NCBI GenBank assembly: GCA_963662285.2
Contig: CAXXMV010000002.1
Location: 64,001-128,000, forward strand
DNA length: 64,000 bases
Direction of reading: 5' to 3'
From: a bacterium
GTDB lineage: Bacteria > Hinthialibacterota > Hinthialibacteria > Hinthialibacterales > Hinthialibacteraceae
Part shown: one piece after another, positions 29,334 through 40,025 of the stretch
Numbering within the stretch: position 1 is the first letter of the stretch
How the letters are laid out: every line of letters starts with the position of its first letter
The notes under the pieces: generated by a model
The model's database searches: none
The model's input: only the letters and a program-made list of their open reading frames with translations
What the model was told of the DNA's origin: nothing
Made by a program: the position numbers and the translations under genes

Positions 29334-31415
29334 ATGAAGCGACAGGTTCCACTATCAAGAGTCCGAAATATCGGGATTATGGCGCATATCGACGCCGGCA
29401 AAACCACTGTAACCGAGAGAATTTTGTTTTTTACAGGAGTATCGCATAAGATCGGTGAGGTGCATGACGGCGAAGCGATAATGGACTGGATGGAACAAGA
29501 ACGCGAGCGCGGCATCACTATTACTTCCGCCGCGACCACCTGCTTCTGGAAAGATAACAAAATCAATATCATCGATACACCTGGTCATGTTGATTTTACC
29601 GTAGAAGTGGAAAGATCGCTCCGGGTATTGGATGGAGCAATCGCGCTATTCTGCGCTGTTGCTGGTGTTGAGCCGCAAAGTGAAACCGTTTGGCGCCAAG
29701 CGGAAAAATACGATGTACCAGTCATTGCTTTCATAAATAAAATGGATCGCGCAGGCGCTGATTTTTATCGGGTTCTCGAATCGATGAACAATCAGCTCAA
29801 CGCTAATCCTGTTCCAATAATCATTCCTATGATAGAGAATGAGTTATTAATCGGCGTTATCGATTTGGTCTACAACGTAGCTCATATATACGACGATATT
29901 ACCGGAGAAAAGCGCCATGATCTGCCCATTCCTGAGGAATATCAAGCCGCACGGGACAAATGGTTCAAGTTCCTGGTTGAAAAAGTCAGTGAAGTAGATG
30001 ATCACCTGATGGAGAAATTCTGTAACGGAGAAACAATCACCACAGAAGAACTCATGGACGGAATCCGCCGCGCCACTCTAGCGAGAACAATTACGCCTAC
30101 CCTTTGCGGAACCGCTTTCAAAAATAAAGGCGTTAAGCGCTTATTAGACGCAGTGGTCGATTTTCTTCCTGCTCCAAATGATCTGCCTCCCACTATCGGC
30201 ACCAATGCTGAAGATGAAGAAATTGTACGTAAACCATCCGATGAGTCTCATTTAGCCGCTCTGGCTTTTAAGGTTGTTGCCGATAAACACATGGGTAAAT
30301 TGATTTATTTCCGCGTTTATTCGGGTACAATGAAGTCGGGCAGTTATGTCCTTAATTCAACCAAGGGTAATAAACAGAGAATTGGTCGACTTCTGCAAAT
30401 GCACGCTAACAAGCAAGAGCAGCGCGATGCTATTTTCTGTGGAGATATTGGAGTTGCAATCGGATTAAGCGATACCGTAACCGGCGACACATTGTGTGAT
30501 ATTGAACACCCGATTCTACTGGAAGCCATTGAATTTCCTGCACCGGTTATTTCAGTCAGCATTAAACCGAATACTAAATCGGATAGCGACAAACTGGGTA
30601 TGGGCCTGGGACGTCTGGCTGAAGAAGATCCCACCTTTATCGTTTCATCCGGAGAGGTTGATAATGAAACTATTATTTCCGGCATGGGCGAGTTGCATCT
30701 TGAAATTATCGTCGACCGCTTAAAACGTGAATTTGGCGTTCAAGCCACTGTCGGTCGACCTGAAGTCGCATATCGTGAAACCATCACCCAAGATTTTGAG
30801 ATGGTTCACCGTTATTCCAAACAGAGCGGCGGCAAGGGAGATTTTGCTCACATAGAATTTAAGATGGAACCAAATCCCCCGGGAGTCGGGTTTGAATTTG
30901 AGAATAAAATCGTGGGCGGCGCTATCCCGCGCGAATATATTCCAGCCGTGGAAAAAGGCATGGTCGACGCTATGAAGAAAGGCGTTTTCGCTGATTATCC
31001 GGTTGTGGATATTAAAATCACTCTGCATGATGGTTCATACCACGATGTCGATTCATCTGAACGCGCCTTCCGTATTTGCGCAAGCCAGGCGTTCAAAATG
31101 GCCTTCATGAGATGTAAACCTCAATTACTTGAACCAGTTATGAGCGTCCATGTAACAACCCCGCCCGAATTTGCCGGGCCAGTTAATGGAAACCTGAATG
31201 GAAAACGCGGCCGCATCACTGGAATGGATACTTTAACCAGTAGCAATATCATAAAGTCTATGGTTCCATTGGCGGAAATGTTCGGCTATGCAACAGAAAT
31301 TCGCACCATCTCATCTGGTCGCGCTTCTTTCTCCATGCAGTTCGAACATTATGAAGCGGTTCCTAACAGCTTAGCTGAAGAGATCGTTGCCGAGAGAAAA
31401 AAGAAAGATAAATAA
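29334..31415 (+). CDS. fusA: Elongation factor G (stand-alone copy)
   Basis: [38 protein letters not shown] and YHDVDSSE. Confidence 0.96.
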   Translation: MKRQVPLSRVRNIGIMAHIDAGKTTVTERILFFTGVSHKIGEVHDGEAIMDWMEQERERGITITSAATTCFWKDNKINIIDTPGHVDFTVEVERSLRVLDGAIALFCAVAGVEPQSETVWRQAEKYDVPVIAFINKMDRAGADFYRVLESMNNQLNANPVPIIIPMIENELLIGVIDLVYNVAHIYDDITGEKRHDLPIPEEYQAARDKWFKFLVEKVSEVDDHLMEKFCNGETITTEELMDGIRRATLARTITPTLCGTAFKNKGVKRLLDAVVDFLPAPNDLPPTIGTNAEDEEIVRKPSDESHLAALAFKVVADKHMGKLIYFRVYSGTMKSGSYVLNSTKGNKQRIGRLLQMHANKQEQRDAIFCGDIGVAIGLSDTVTGDTLCDIEHPILLEAIEFPAPVISVSIKPNTKSDSDKLGMGLGRLAEEDPTFIVSSGEVDNETIISGMGELHLEIIVDRLKREFGVQATVGRPEVAYRETITQDFEMVHRYSKQSGGKGDFAHIEFKMEPNPPGVGFEFENKIVGGAIPREYIPAVEKGMVDAMKKGVFADYPVVDIKITLHDGSYHDVDSSERAFRICASQAFKMAFMRCKPQLLEPVMSVHVTTPPEFAGPVNGNLNGKRGRITGMDTLTSSNIIKSMVPLAEMFGYATEIRTISSGRASFSMQFEHYEAVPNSLAEEIVAERKKKDK

Positions 31416-31453
31416 TATCTACCTCAGCAATCTTTCTAAATTCATCTATACGC

Positions 31454-31487
31454 AAGAAGGCCGATCAATTTGATCGGCCTTCTTTTT
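31454..31487 (+). terminator. Intrinsic terminator after fusA
   Basis: AAGAAGGCCGATCA-att-TGATCGGCCTTCTTTTT. Confidence 0.85.
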
Positions 31488-31516
31488 CGTCCTATGTTCT
31501 TATGCCGTTCACACAA

Positions 31517-31630
31517 TAGAGCGATTATCAAAATTTTGTTTGCTTATTATCACCTTTGGTCTTCGAAAAAGCCAATCTTTTCTGACTTTTTCGAATCGTC
31601 AATCAGATCATCATTATGAAAACTACTCTA
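31517..31630. repeat. 114-bp dispersed repeat (MITE-like), copy 1
   Basis: TAGAGCGATTATCAAAATT...GAAAACTACTCTA. Highly similar to 46657-46770. Confidence 0.8.
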
Positions 31631-31633
31631 GTC

Positions 31634-33097
31634 CTATTGAGAAACACTTTCCGCCTGGATGGGAATCATGCCGATTGGTGAATCCTCAGGCGGTAATTCG
31701 AGTTGACCCGCTAAACCGGAAATCTGTTTCTGGATATTTTCGACCTGGTTGCAAGTTGATTCAATCAACTTGGTGAATTCCATTATTTCTGCTTGAAAAG
31801 CGTCGCGCGCTTCTTGAGATTCGGGTGCGTCTATCCACTTTGACGCCTTAGTTTGCGCTGATTCAATCCTGGTTTGGACACTTTGCTGAAGGTTCTGAAT
31901 ATTTTGCCCAAGATTTTTCAGATGCGCCGCCGTTTGCTGAAGTTTTACATCTTGACTCGATAGGTTGGCAGCTCGAATGGCATCGGAGAGTTGATTGCCT
32001 AAATCAGACCGGAGAAGTTGAAAATTACCGGACAGCGAGTTCAGGCGGCCTTCTATTCCGGCCAGATTCTCCAGCGTCAATGAGTTTTCATTGTTTCCCG
32101 AATCAGCCAAACCTACCAGAAGATCATCCATACGCCCATCGAGATTGTAACTCATTTCAGAGACATCCGATTGCAGCGCCTCAAGTTCACCTTCTCCTTC
32201 AGCAAAACTTACCTGCATATCTTCAGCAAGTATTTCTAATTGTTTAGATATTCCTGAAACAGTTTGGCTTATCTGTTCTGTGTTAGACATACTGCTTTGA
32301 ATGGATGATGCGGTATTTCTTTGATCAGTAAATCCGGCATTCATAACATCTACCGCCGCATCAATATGACGCGCCAGACTATCGCGGGATGAAGTATCCT
32401 GGATGCTATTATCTATGTCAATTAATTTTTGTTCGACGGATTCTAAACTCTGCTGCGATGCATTTCGTAAATCCATCAGTTGGCCGTTCAACGCCCTGGT
32501 CTTTTCATCCAAACTTACGGCGACTACCTGGCTCATTTTCTCACTCAATTGCGTAAGTGTGGTGAATCCCGATGCTAAATCACCGGATACCTCCTGCAAT
32601 TGGCCGCTCAGCGCAACTAACTGTTTTTCTATTGAGTCGGTCTTTGTTTTAGCCTCTAAGGCCGCCTGGCGAGTTGATGTCATCTCTTTCGAAATATCCG
32701 CCATAGCTGTTTGCAAGTATTCTGCTTGGTTTTTATCTTTTTTCTCAATGGCTTTGGTTAACTGCAGAGTCTGCTCTGAAAAGGCATTTACTGTCTGGGT
32801 CAAAAGCGCTGAAACGTCTTTTAATGTATCGGAGAACTTCTGCGCGAAAGCTGCTGATTCCCGCCGGTTTCCCAAAACCTCTTTGCGCGTTTCTTGCAGA
32901 GCAATCAAAGTGGATTCGGTAGTTTGAGTCAGCACTTTCTCTTCAAAAGAAGCCAGGCGCAAATCTAAATAATAACCCGTGCCGGCTAATCCGATTAACA
33001 TGAAAAAGATCAGCCAGAACACCATCCAGCCTTTAGAACTGTTCGCCGTTGATCGCTTTGAGGCGGATTGTTGGGATATTGCTACTTTCTCTTCCAT
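31634..33097 (-). CDS. Membrane-anchored long coiled-coil hypothetical protein
   Basis: One TM (WMVFWLIFFMLIGLAG) followed by about 430 aa of heptad-rich helix. GGAG RBS. Confidence 0.75.
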   Translation of the reverse strand: MEEKVAISQQSASKRSTANSSKGWMVFWLIFFMLIGLAGTGYYLDLRLASFEEKVLTQTTESTLIALQETRKEVLGNRRESAAFAQKFSDTLKDVSALLTQTVNAFSEQTLQLTKAIEKKDKNQAEYLQTAMADISKEMTSTRQAALEAKTKTDSIEKQLVALSGQLQEVSGDLASGFTTLTQLSEKMSQVVAVSLDEKTRALNGQLMDLRNASQQSLESVEQKLIDIDNSIQDTSSRDSLARHIDAAVDVMNAGFTDQRNTASSIQSSMSNTEQISQTVSGISKQLEILAEDMQVSFAEGEGELEALQSDVSEMSYNLDGRMDDLLVGLADSGNNENSLTLENLAGIEGRLNSLSGNFQLLRSDLGNQLSDAIRAANLSSQDVKLQQTAAHLKNLGQNIQNLQQSVQTRIESAQTKASKWIDAPESQEARDAFQAEIMEFTKLIESTCNQVENIQKQISGLAGQLELPPEDSPIGMIPIQAESVSQ

Positions 33098-33142
33098 AAT
33101 TCAAATCTCCTCATTCAAAAACCGTTGCCTGTTTTGGATTAT

Positions 33143-33193
33143 TAGAGCGGTTCTCAAAAAATGCGGGTCAACGCATTTTTGAAAACTACTCTA
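33143..33193. repeat. Short TAGAGCG...CTACTCTA palindromic element
   Basis: TAGAGCGGTTCTCAAAAAATGCG..CGCATTTTTGAAAACTACTCTA has the same ends as the 114-bp repeats. Confidence 0.55.
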
Positions 33194-33419
33194 TGCATGA
33201 AAATAGGTCAAAAAACTGCAACTCAATTAATTCGAGGGAATTATGGTAAGAGGATAGAATTTGATAAGTAGAGAATGGATGATAAAAGTTATCCACAACA
33301 GATAATAATATACGAACTTATACCAATCTCCCTCAACCCTATGGATTTAGATAAGTTCATATTGCACCTTCTTAAACATCTTGTCAACAGGTTTTTTGGG
33401 GAAAGATCGATTTAATTTT

Positions 33420-33845
33420 TTACGGTAATTTCGAGCCGGTTGATGTTATTACCAATTGCCCATGCTTGACGCCGCGGGTTCCAATCAACCGGTCAGCGAA
33501 AAAGCGCAGAGTTTTGCCCTGCCCCCGCGCCACAATTACTTCAAGACAATTATGATGATCCAAATGGACATGCATACTTGAAATAACTTCCGCTTCGCTG
33601 CCATGCTGTTGTTCGATCAGCTTTTCGGTCAATTCCCGCACATGATGATCGTATACCAGAGAAACAACGCCAACCACTTCAGCGTTTTCTTCCACTTCCT
33701 GTTGAACCAGAAAATCGCGTATCAGGTCTCTGATGCCTTCCGAGCGGTTCGAATAACCTTTTTCATCAAGCAATATATCGTACTTTTTGAGCAGCTCTTC
33801 TGAGAGAGAAACACTAAAACGTATCGCGCCAGCCATTTTTTTCAT
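33420..33845 (-). CDS. nikR: Nickel-responsive regulator NikR
   Basis: RFSVSL (RHH), GYSNRSEGIRDLIR, YDHH, SSMHVHLDHHNCLEV and GVKHG. Confidence 0.95.
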   Translation of the reverse strand: MKKMAGAIRFSVSLSEELLKKYDILLDEKGYSNRSEGIRDLIRDFLVQQEVEENAEVVGVVSLVYDHHVRELTEKLIEQQHGSEAEVISSMHVHLDHHNCLEVIVARGQGKTLRFFADRLIGTRGVKHGQLVITSTGSKLP

Positions 33846-35761
33846 CCTAAGAAATTTATTGTTATTATACCGCCAGAATGCAATCCTCTTAATAAGATAA
33901 CAAAACCTAACAGCGTAACCAATATTGGAGAAGCGATTTGAAGCCAGGTAAATGATTGATCGCCCTTAAAATATTTATCCAGCAAATGTTTTGCGCTAAC
34001 CATAGTAATACCTATTGCAATTAAGACGGATGATAGGCCAAGGCTGAAAAATAGAATCAATAGCATCCCGAATATAGGACGATGCAAGCCTATGGCGCCC
34101 AGCAGGACAACCAATGCTGTCGGGCAAGGCACAATTCCCCCGGTTACGCCTAATATCAGCAGGTCTCTCCAATTGGCGTCTGCGGGGATTTCGTGAGTAT
34201 GGGTATGAGGACCATGCCCGTGTCCCGCATGGCTATGGTGGTCATGGTTATGATGTTCATGGGCGTGGTGATCATGATCGTGGCTATTGTGTTCATGGCT
34301 GTGGTGTTCATGGCTGTGATTTTCATGACTATGGTGCTCATGGTTCTCATGCTCATGGTGATGGTCATGGTCATGAGAATGATCGTGATCATCTGGTTTA
34401 TTTAAACTTAGCAGAACTTTTTTTGCTTGGTAGGCGCCATATCTTCTGAAAAATATCATCCCGCCTATGAAGATAATAAGCGCGCCGGATAAAGCTTCTA
34501 TAATTGGATAAAGCGTCTCTGGAAGGATATATTGAGAGAAAAACAGCGTTATAGCGCCCAAAGCCAAGACGCTTGAAACATGAGTCAATGTCACAACAAT
34601 ACCTAAAAAAATTGCATGGAGCACGGTTCCCCTGGAACCAACCAGGTATGCTGCGACAACCGTTTTACCATGACCCGGTGAAAGAGCATGAGATGCGCCA
34701 GCGATGAGAGAGACGAAAATGGCGAAGAATACTATTGTCGGACTAAGAGTGTCCACCCCGATCAAATTAGCCCATTGAGCATCATACCCGCCCGGTTTGG
34801 TCGCAAGAGTAGTCTGATTTTTATCCAAAGAGGAATCCTCAGTGATTGTTGTCGTAGAATCGGTTAGAGCATTTGGTTCTACCAGACCAGCCAACACCCC
34901 TGAAGCGCTGATTATATTCCGGGGCTGCAACATCTCGACTTTCTTTTGCACCTCCGGGCTGGGGCCGACGGGCGATTTTAATATCTCGTAATTACCTTCA
35001 GAATCTGGATTTAATGGGTATATAGGTATCGAAGCGGGAGCGATGAAAGAGAAGAATTCGATTTCATCCTTTGTAGAAGAAGGTTTCTCTATATCCTTAA
35101 TCTCGTAAGAAATCACTGCATCCATTCCCGAAAGGATGAAGGTCGTATTATCCAATGGAATCGGTGCGGATATCTTGCTTGAGGTAATATTTTCCTGAAG
35201 AAGTTCCACTCCAGCAGCGGTTTTAACGCGTATTTCTTTAACACCCTGCCTACGCGGCAAATAAGCGTCATTAAAAGAAAAGTTTTTGGCGCCTTTTGGG
35301 ATTAATAATTCATGCCGCATTTCACATGCGATTTTTACCTGGAGACATGTCAGAGAGCCTTGGCCTCGTGAAAGCACCACTTCATGATGAAATATTTCTG
35401 GTTTTAAATATATCGGTTTATTATCTTTACCGACCAACGAAAAAGTGAAATGTTTTAAGTAGAGTTCGTAGAGATTATCTTCAAATGATCTCATTTCACG
35501 GCTGGAAATAATGTTATCATCATCTATATCAAGAGAGGAAAGTTCCTTGTAAGATGGAAATTCTGCAAAATCAAGGATATGCTGAGTGATGATGCGGTCT
35601 GATTTTAACTCAATTAAAGTATAATGGTTAAGCGAGAAATTACCCAAAGGATGAGCGGAACATATCGCAGCGATATTCAAAAGTAAACATATTAGACCAA
35701 GTTGTATGTAGATTTTGTTCGTCATTTTTATTGTCGCATTCTGATTATGATAATATTTCAA
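33842..35761 (-). CDS. RcnA/NiCoT-type nickel/cobalt transporter with periplasmic N-domain and His-rich loop
   Basis: Signal peptide with AHPLGNFS, HALSPGHGKT, a His-rich tract of about 60 aa, and GGIVPCPTA. Confidence 0.88.
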   Translation of the reverse strand: MKYYHNQNATIKMTNKIYIQLGLICLLLNIAAICSAHPLGNFSLNHYTLIELKSDRIITQHILDFAEFPSYKELSSLDIDDDNIISSREMRSFEDNLYELYLKHFTFSLVGKDNKPIYLKPEIFHHEVVLSRGQGSLTCLQVKIACEMRHELLIPKGAKNFSFNDAYLPRRQGVKEIRVKTAAGVELLQENITSSKISAPIPLDNTTFILSGMDAVISYEIKDIEKPSSTKDEIEFFSFIAPASIPIYPLNPDSEGNYEILKSPVGPSPEVQKKVEMLQPRNIISASGVLAGLVEPNALTDSTTTITEDSSLDKNQTTLATKPGGYDAQWANLIGVDTLSPTIVFFAIFVSLIAGASHALSPGHGKTVVAAYLVGSRGTVLHAIFLGIVVTLTHVSSVLALGAITLFFSQYILPETLYPIIEALSGALIIFIGGMIFFRRYGAYQAKKVLLSLNKPDDHDHSHDHDHHHEHENHEHHSHENHSHEHHSHEHNSHDHDHHAHEHHNHDHHSHAGHGHGPHTHTHEIPADANWRDLLILGVTGGIVPCPTALVVLLGAIGLHRPIFGMLLILFFSLGLSSVLIAIGITMVSAKHLLDKYFKGDQSFTWLQIASPILVTLLGFVILLRGLHSGGIITINFLG

Positions 35762-36078
35762 AGGAGATTTATGTAAACCCGGTATAACTGAACACGTTAA
35801 AACTATGAAAGTACATCAATAACGATACCCAGACATACGCATGAATAGAAGATGCAATAAATAAGTATCCAGTAAAAATATTTTGATATAGTCGCCAGAC
35901 TATTGAGTATATCAATTTTTTAACTGATAATAATAGGCTTATTTCGTATGTTTTTTTTTGTAAGAAGTTGTCTAGAAATCAGATAACGACTTGACAGAAA
36001 GCGCATCGTTCATAAAATCAAAAATGAGTGAATCCACCGATACCAAGTAAATAAATGATCGGCGGAGGAGAGAGATAA

Positions 36079-37005
36079 ATGTCGATCCTTCGGATAGAAA
36101 ATCTGACAAAAGAGTATTCCACGGGGTTTTTCGGCCGCAAATTCAGAGCTTTAAACAAATTGAATTTGGAAGTGGAAGAAGGGGAAATCTTCGGATTTCT
36201 TGGCCCCAATGGCGCAGGGAAAACGACCACAATAAAAATTTTATTGCAGATTATTTTTCCCTCGGACGGAACAGCCTGGCTGCTGAATAAAAAACTGGGC
36301 GACTCGCCGGAACTGCATAAAATCGGTTATATGCCGGAAAATCCATACTTTTACCGATTTTTAACCGGCAACGAGTTCCTCATGTTTTACGCCAGACTAA
36401 TTGGTCTGTCATACGAAGAAGGACAAAAGAAGACTGACCGTTTATTGGATGTCGTCGGGCTGGCTACCGCCAAGAAGACCCGTTTAAGCGATTATTCCAA
36501 AGGCATGGTGACCCGCGTAGGTTTGGCGCAATCACTGATTACTGATCCAACCCTATTATTGCTGGATGAGCCGATGTCAGGCCTGGATCCAATTGGTCGA
36601 CGGGAAATACGCGACCTTATTGCTGAATTAAAAGAGCAAAAAAAGACTATTTTCTTCTGCTCGCATATCCTGGCGGACGTTGAGATGCTTTGCGACCGGG
36701 TTGCGATACTCAATAAAGGCAACCTGATTAAATTAGGCGCCGTTCAGGATCTGCTCGATTCGGGTACCAAACATTATACCCTGTCACTGGATGGACTTAG
36801 TCAGGAAAAAATCGATCAAATAAGTTCAACAGCCATCAAGCATGAGGATATCGGCGGAATACATCATTTCACCGTTGCCAATCATGAAGACGCTCAAAAT
36901 ATCGCCCAGAACGCTATAGCAGATAATGCGCGTATAATTGAACTGCGGCCTGAACGTGGGACTCTGGAAGATTACTTCGTTCGGGAGGTGAGTACCCATG
37001 AATAA
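36079..37005 (+). CDS. ABC transporter ATP-binding protein (PilH-like)
   Basis: GFLGPNGAGKTT, YSKGM, LDEPMSGLDPIGR and SHILADVE. Confidence 0.92.
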   Translation: MSILRIENLTKEYSTGFFGRKFRALNKLNLEVEEGEIFGFLGPNGAGKTTTIKILLQIIFPSDGTAWLLNKKLGDSPELHKIGYMPENPYFYRFLTGNEFLMFYARLIGLSYEEGQKKTDRLLDVVGLATAKKTRLSDYSKGMVTRVGLAQSLITDPTLLLLDEPMSGLDPIGRREIRDLIAELKEQKKTIFFCSHILADVEMLCDRVAILNKGNLIKLGAVQDLLDSGTKHYTLSLDGLSQEKIDQISSTAIKHEDIGGIHHFTVANHEDAQNIAQNAIADNARIIELRPERGTLEDYFVREVSTHE

Positions 37006-37783
37006 AATTCTTACCATCGCATTTAATACATATCGGGAATCCATACGCAACAAGGTTTTTTATATCATCATCGTTTTCGCTATGTTTTTGCTGAGTTGTT
37101 CGTTAATATTGGCGACCCTGGCTCTGGGTGAAGATGACCGGATAATTAAACATGTTGGTTTGTCGGCCATCAACATTTTTGGCCTATTAATGGCGATATT
37201 CGTCGGCGTTAATCTGGTTTACGATGAATTGGAAAAACGTACAGTCTATACCATAATCGCCTCAGGCGTTAAACGTTATGAGTTTTTGTTTGGAAAATTC
37301 CTCGGATTGTTCTTCACCGTTGGAGTGAATATTCTGATAATGGGATTTATGCTTTGCCTCTTAGTTATTGCATGGCCGGATTGCTCTTTATCTGCAACAT
37401 TAGTATTGGCCATATTGCTGTTCTTGCTGGAAATGCTGGTTATAAGCGCAATCGCCATTCTTTTTTCGTCATTCTCCACCCCGATTCTTTCAGCTGTATT
37501 AACCTTTATGTGCTGCGTGATCGGACACATGTCAGAAGACCTTCTGGAATGGAGCAAGCGCCTTTCCGAACAGGGATCAGCCGTATTCGCCAAGGTTCTT
37601 ACGGTCATATATTACATACTTCCCAATTTGGAAATATTTAACTTGAAAAATCAGGTTATTTACAGCGAAGACATCGGTTCAATCGGACATCATTTCATAA
37701 CGTACCCGATATACGCTATTGTATATTCAGGTATTTTGATGCTAATCGCAATACTTTCCTTTTCCCGGCGGGATTTCAAATGA
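36998..37783 (+). CDS. ABC-2 type permease (PilI-like)
   Basis: IAFNTYRESIRNK, ELEKRTVYTI, FLFGKFLG and YYILPNL. Six TMs. Confidence 0.88.
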   Translation: MNKILTIAFNTYRESIRNKVFYIIIVFAMFLLSCSLILATLALGEDDRIIKHVGLSAINIFGLLMAIFVGVNLVYDELEKRTVYTIIASGVKRYEFLFGKFLGLFFTVGVNILIMGFMLCLLVIAWPDCSLSATLVLAILLFLLEMLVISAIAILFSSFSTPILSAVLTFMCCVIGHMSEDLLEWSKRLSEQGSAVFAKVLTVIYYILPNLEIFNLKNQVIYSEDIGSIGHHFITYPIYAIVYSGILMLIAILSFSRRDFK

Positions 37784-39351
37784 GAAAACACACTTGGATT
37801 TCCGTAATATTATTAGTCGTCTTTTCTATTGGCGTAGTAAAACTACAGTCCTCAATTATTGATGAACGTCAATCCAGGCGTATGGAAGAGAAGATTTTGA
37901 TGCTCTCCAATCGCCCGGAAGTCACCAAAATACTAGCTCTTGGTCACGACTCCACTCTAGCCGACCTTTTGTGGATTCGAGCTATCCAATATTTTGGCGG
38001 TAACTTCAGCACTCTAGACAATGCCATCAAACGCGAAGGAATGATCAATTTATTCAGGAATATGGTTGCTTTAGACCCCAAATTCCATGCCGCCTTCAAA
38101 TTCGGCGGTTTTGTAATGAATGAATCTATGAAAGATCCTGAACTGGCCATAGATTTTCTATTAGAAGGCGCCGATGAGAATCCCAGTCAATGGCGTTTGC
38201 GTTTCGATGCCGGTTTTATCGCATTTTTTCAGTTGAAGGATTATGATTTTGCAAAAAGATTATTCATCCAAACCGTATATGGAGAAAATTTTTCGCTTAA
38301 CAGTCAGATAAAATCGGAAGGTTTGGTTGATGGTTTTTCAGCTGATGCGCTGATAGATGACGATGCTATAACTGATGTTAAATTTTCACCGCAAACAGGT
38401 TCAATTCTTGTCGACCTGGAAGAAGCTAAGCAAATCGGGCGTATTTATCTTATGCAGGAATCACAGGATAAACAGTCTTTTCGCCTCTCTTTTGCCAACG
38501 CTTCAAAGACTGAAGCAGAACCTGCCTTTACCGAGTTCCCCCAAATTACTTCGAGCGGGATACACTCAGTTACACCGGCTATTACGGCTCAGATGATCCG
38601 CATCGATAATATGACAACCGAAGCTGCGGATGGGTTTTTCGCGCTTAATGAAATTCAGGTGCAAGGCCCTCGAAATGTTGAAGTTCCGTCTTATGTAGAA
38701 CGAATGGCTTATGAGATGGACCGTGCAGCAGGCCGGTTTAGAGCTGCATGGAACCAGTACCTGCGCTACTATCAGGAATTCACTACCAAAGGCGACCAGA
38801 TCAATGCAAATCTAGCAAAACAAAAACTAGATTCTATTTTTACCAGCACGGTTACAGATATACTTGGCCAAGCCATTTTATTGTATAAAGAAGCGGAAGG
38901 CAAACTACCATCTCCTCAAATGCAGGAACTGGTTAAAGGTGAATTTGTTCACCAGGTTCTTCGCAAAAAAATGCAGGAAGAAGAACGATTTGCCGAAGAT
39001 GTTCTGCCTATTTTAATAGGACCTAACCTTAACATTTACAACATGCTAACCACATGGGATAACAGCTCGCAATATGTTTTGGTAACTTATCCCGTGAAAG
39101 ACGGGAACGATGAATGGGTAATTGCCATCCGCAGCGACCTGGAAGCGATGCAGAAATCCTCTATCGAGGCTCTTCAAAAGCTGGTTAATCAATATAAACA
39201 GGAAACCGGGCATTTCCCCCAAAAAATTGAAGACCTCAAAAAGGGCCGCTTATTTACCGCACCGGAAAACATATTTGAAGATCCACTCGGAGGAGACCTG
39301 ATTATTAATCAGGAAACAGGGGAAGTTGAATCAATTAATCCTAAATATTAG
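37780..39351 (+). CDS. PilG-like membrane-anchored protein with inserted discoidin-like domain
   Basis: ADLLWIRAIQYFG, LDPKF and DAGF motifs, and C-terminal YKQETGHFPQKIEDL..DPLGG pseudopilin-like motif. Confidence 0.6.
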   Translation: MRKHTWISVILLVVFSIGVVKLQSSIIDERQSRRMEEKILMLSNRPEVTKILALGHDSTLADLLWIRAIQYFGGNFSTLDNAIKREGMINLFRNMVALDPKFHAAFKFGGFVMNESMKDPELAIDFLLEGADENPSQWRLRFDAGFIAFFQLKDYDFAKRLFIQTVYGENFSLNSQIKSEGLVDGFSADALIDDDAITDVKFSPQTGSILVDLEEAKQIGRIYLMQESQDKQSFRLSFANASKTEAEPAFTEFPQITSSGIHSVTPAITAQMIRIDNMTTEAADGFFALNEIQVQGPRNVEVPSYVERMAYEMDRAAGRFRAAWNQYLRYYQEFTTKGDQINANLAKQKLDSIFTSTVTDILGQAILLYKEAEGKLPSPQMQELVKGEFVHQVLRKKMQEEERFAEDVLPILIGPNLNIYNMLTTWDNSSQYVLVTYPVKDGNDEWVIAIRSDLEAMQKSSIEALQKLVNQYKQETGHFPQKIEDLKKGRLFTAPENIFEDPLGGDLIINQETGEVESINPKY

Positions 39352-39385
39352 GTAATATGCGTAAATAGTTCTTTATCAAGATTCG

Positions 39386-39412
39386 AAAAGCCCGTTATAC
39401 GGGCTTTTTTTT
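39386..39412 (+). terminator. Intrinsic terminator
   Basis: AAAAGCCCGT-tat-ACGGGCTTTTTTTT. Confidence 0.85.
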
Positions 39413-39634
39413 ATTGATTATCACTCAAGTTATTCGTCTAACCCGTTTTGCCGGGGGATGTCTTAAGATTCACCCTCACCCTAACCCGGCATAGAAGGAG
39501 AGGAGATTTGCTTACACATAATTTACGGTTGGTAAGAAGATCAGCCTTTCTTTTTACTTGGCTGTAAATAAATTTTAGTATATACTTTAATGAATTATGG
39601 TTTTTGCTCAAATATTTTCATGGGAGAATTTTAA

Positions 39635-39994
39635 ATAAATAATAAATTATTATCAGTTGAGCATCTTGCCCGTAGTGCAGCCGAGGCATTGGCTGAAGTA
39701 AAAGGCAAAGATATTCTTCTGCTTGATTTGACGCATCTTTCAACTTTCACTGATTATTTCGTTATAGCTACGGCTGAAAGCCATGTTCAGATGAAAGCAT
39801 TGGCGGATAGCGTACGAAGCAATATGGCTTTAGAAGGATCAAAGATACATAATGCTGAAGGACAAGATAGCAAAACCTGGATATTGCTTGATTATAGCCA
39901 TGTTATTGTTCACATCTTCAGTCCGGCGGCTAGGGATTATTATGGCTTGGAACATTTATGGGGAGATGCAAAAGAAACTCCTTATATCTCGTAA
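39635..39994 (+). CDS. rsfS: Ribosome silencing factor RsfS (iojap)
   Basis: KGKDILLLDL..TDYFVIAT, WILLDYSHVIVHIF..RDYYGLEHLW. Homologous helix extends upstream of TTG 39689 to ATA 39635, behind a GGGAG RBS. Confidence 0.93.
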   Translation: MNNKLLSVEHLARSAAEALAEVKGKDILLLDLTHLSTFTDYFVIATAESHVQMKALADSVRSNMALEGSKIHNAEGQDSKTWILLDYSHVIVHIFSPAARDYYGLEHLWGDAKETPYIS

Positions 39995-40025
39995 GTTTAA
40001 TTTCCTCAAATAAGGAGAATACCTC

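Noticed and set aside
33289-33297. DnaA box TTATCCACA suggesting oriC
   Set aside because: Single perfect box, with no cluster and no dnaA/dnaN/gidA context.
34114-34449. Met/Val-rich and other short ORFs over the His tract
   Set aside because: Alternate-frame and antisense shadows of CAT/GAT repeats.
39440-39546. Another MITE-in-REP insertion (CCCTCACCCTAACCC.. and AAGATCAGC)
   Set aside because: Only a degenerate REP and a partial TIR-like word. No partner TIR or TSD.
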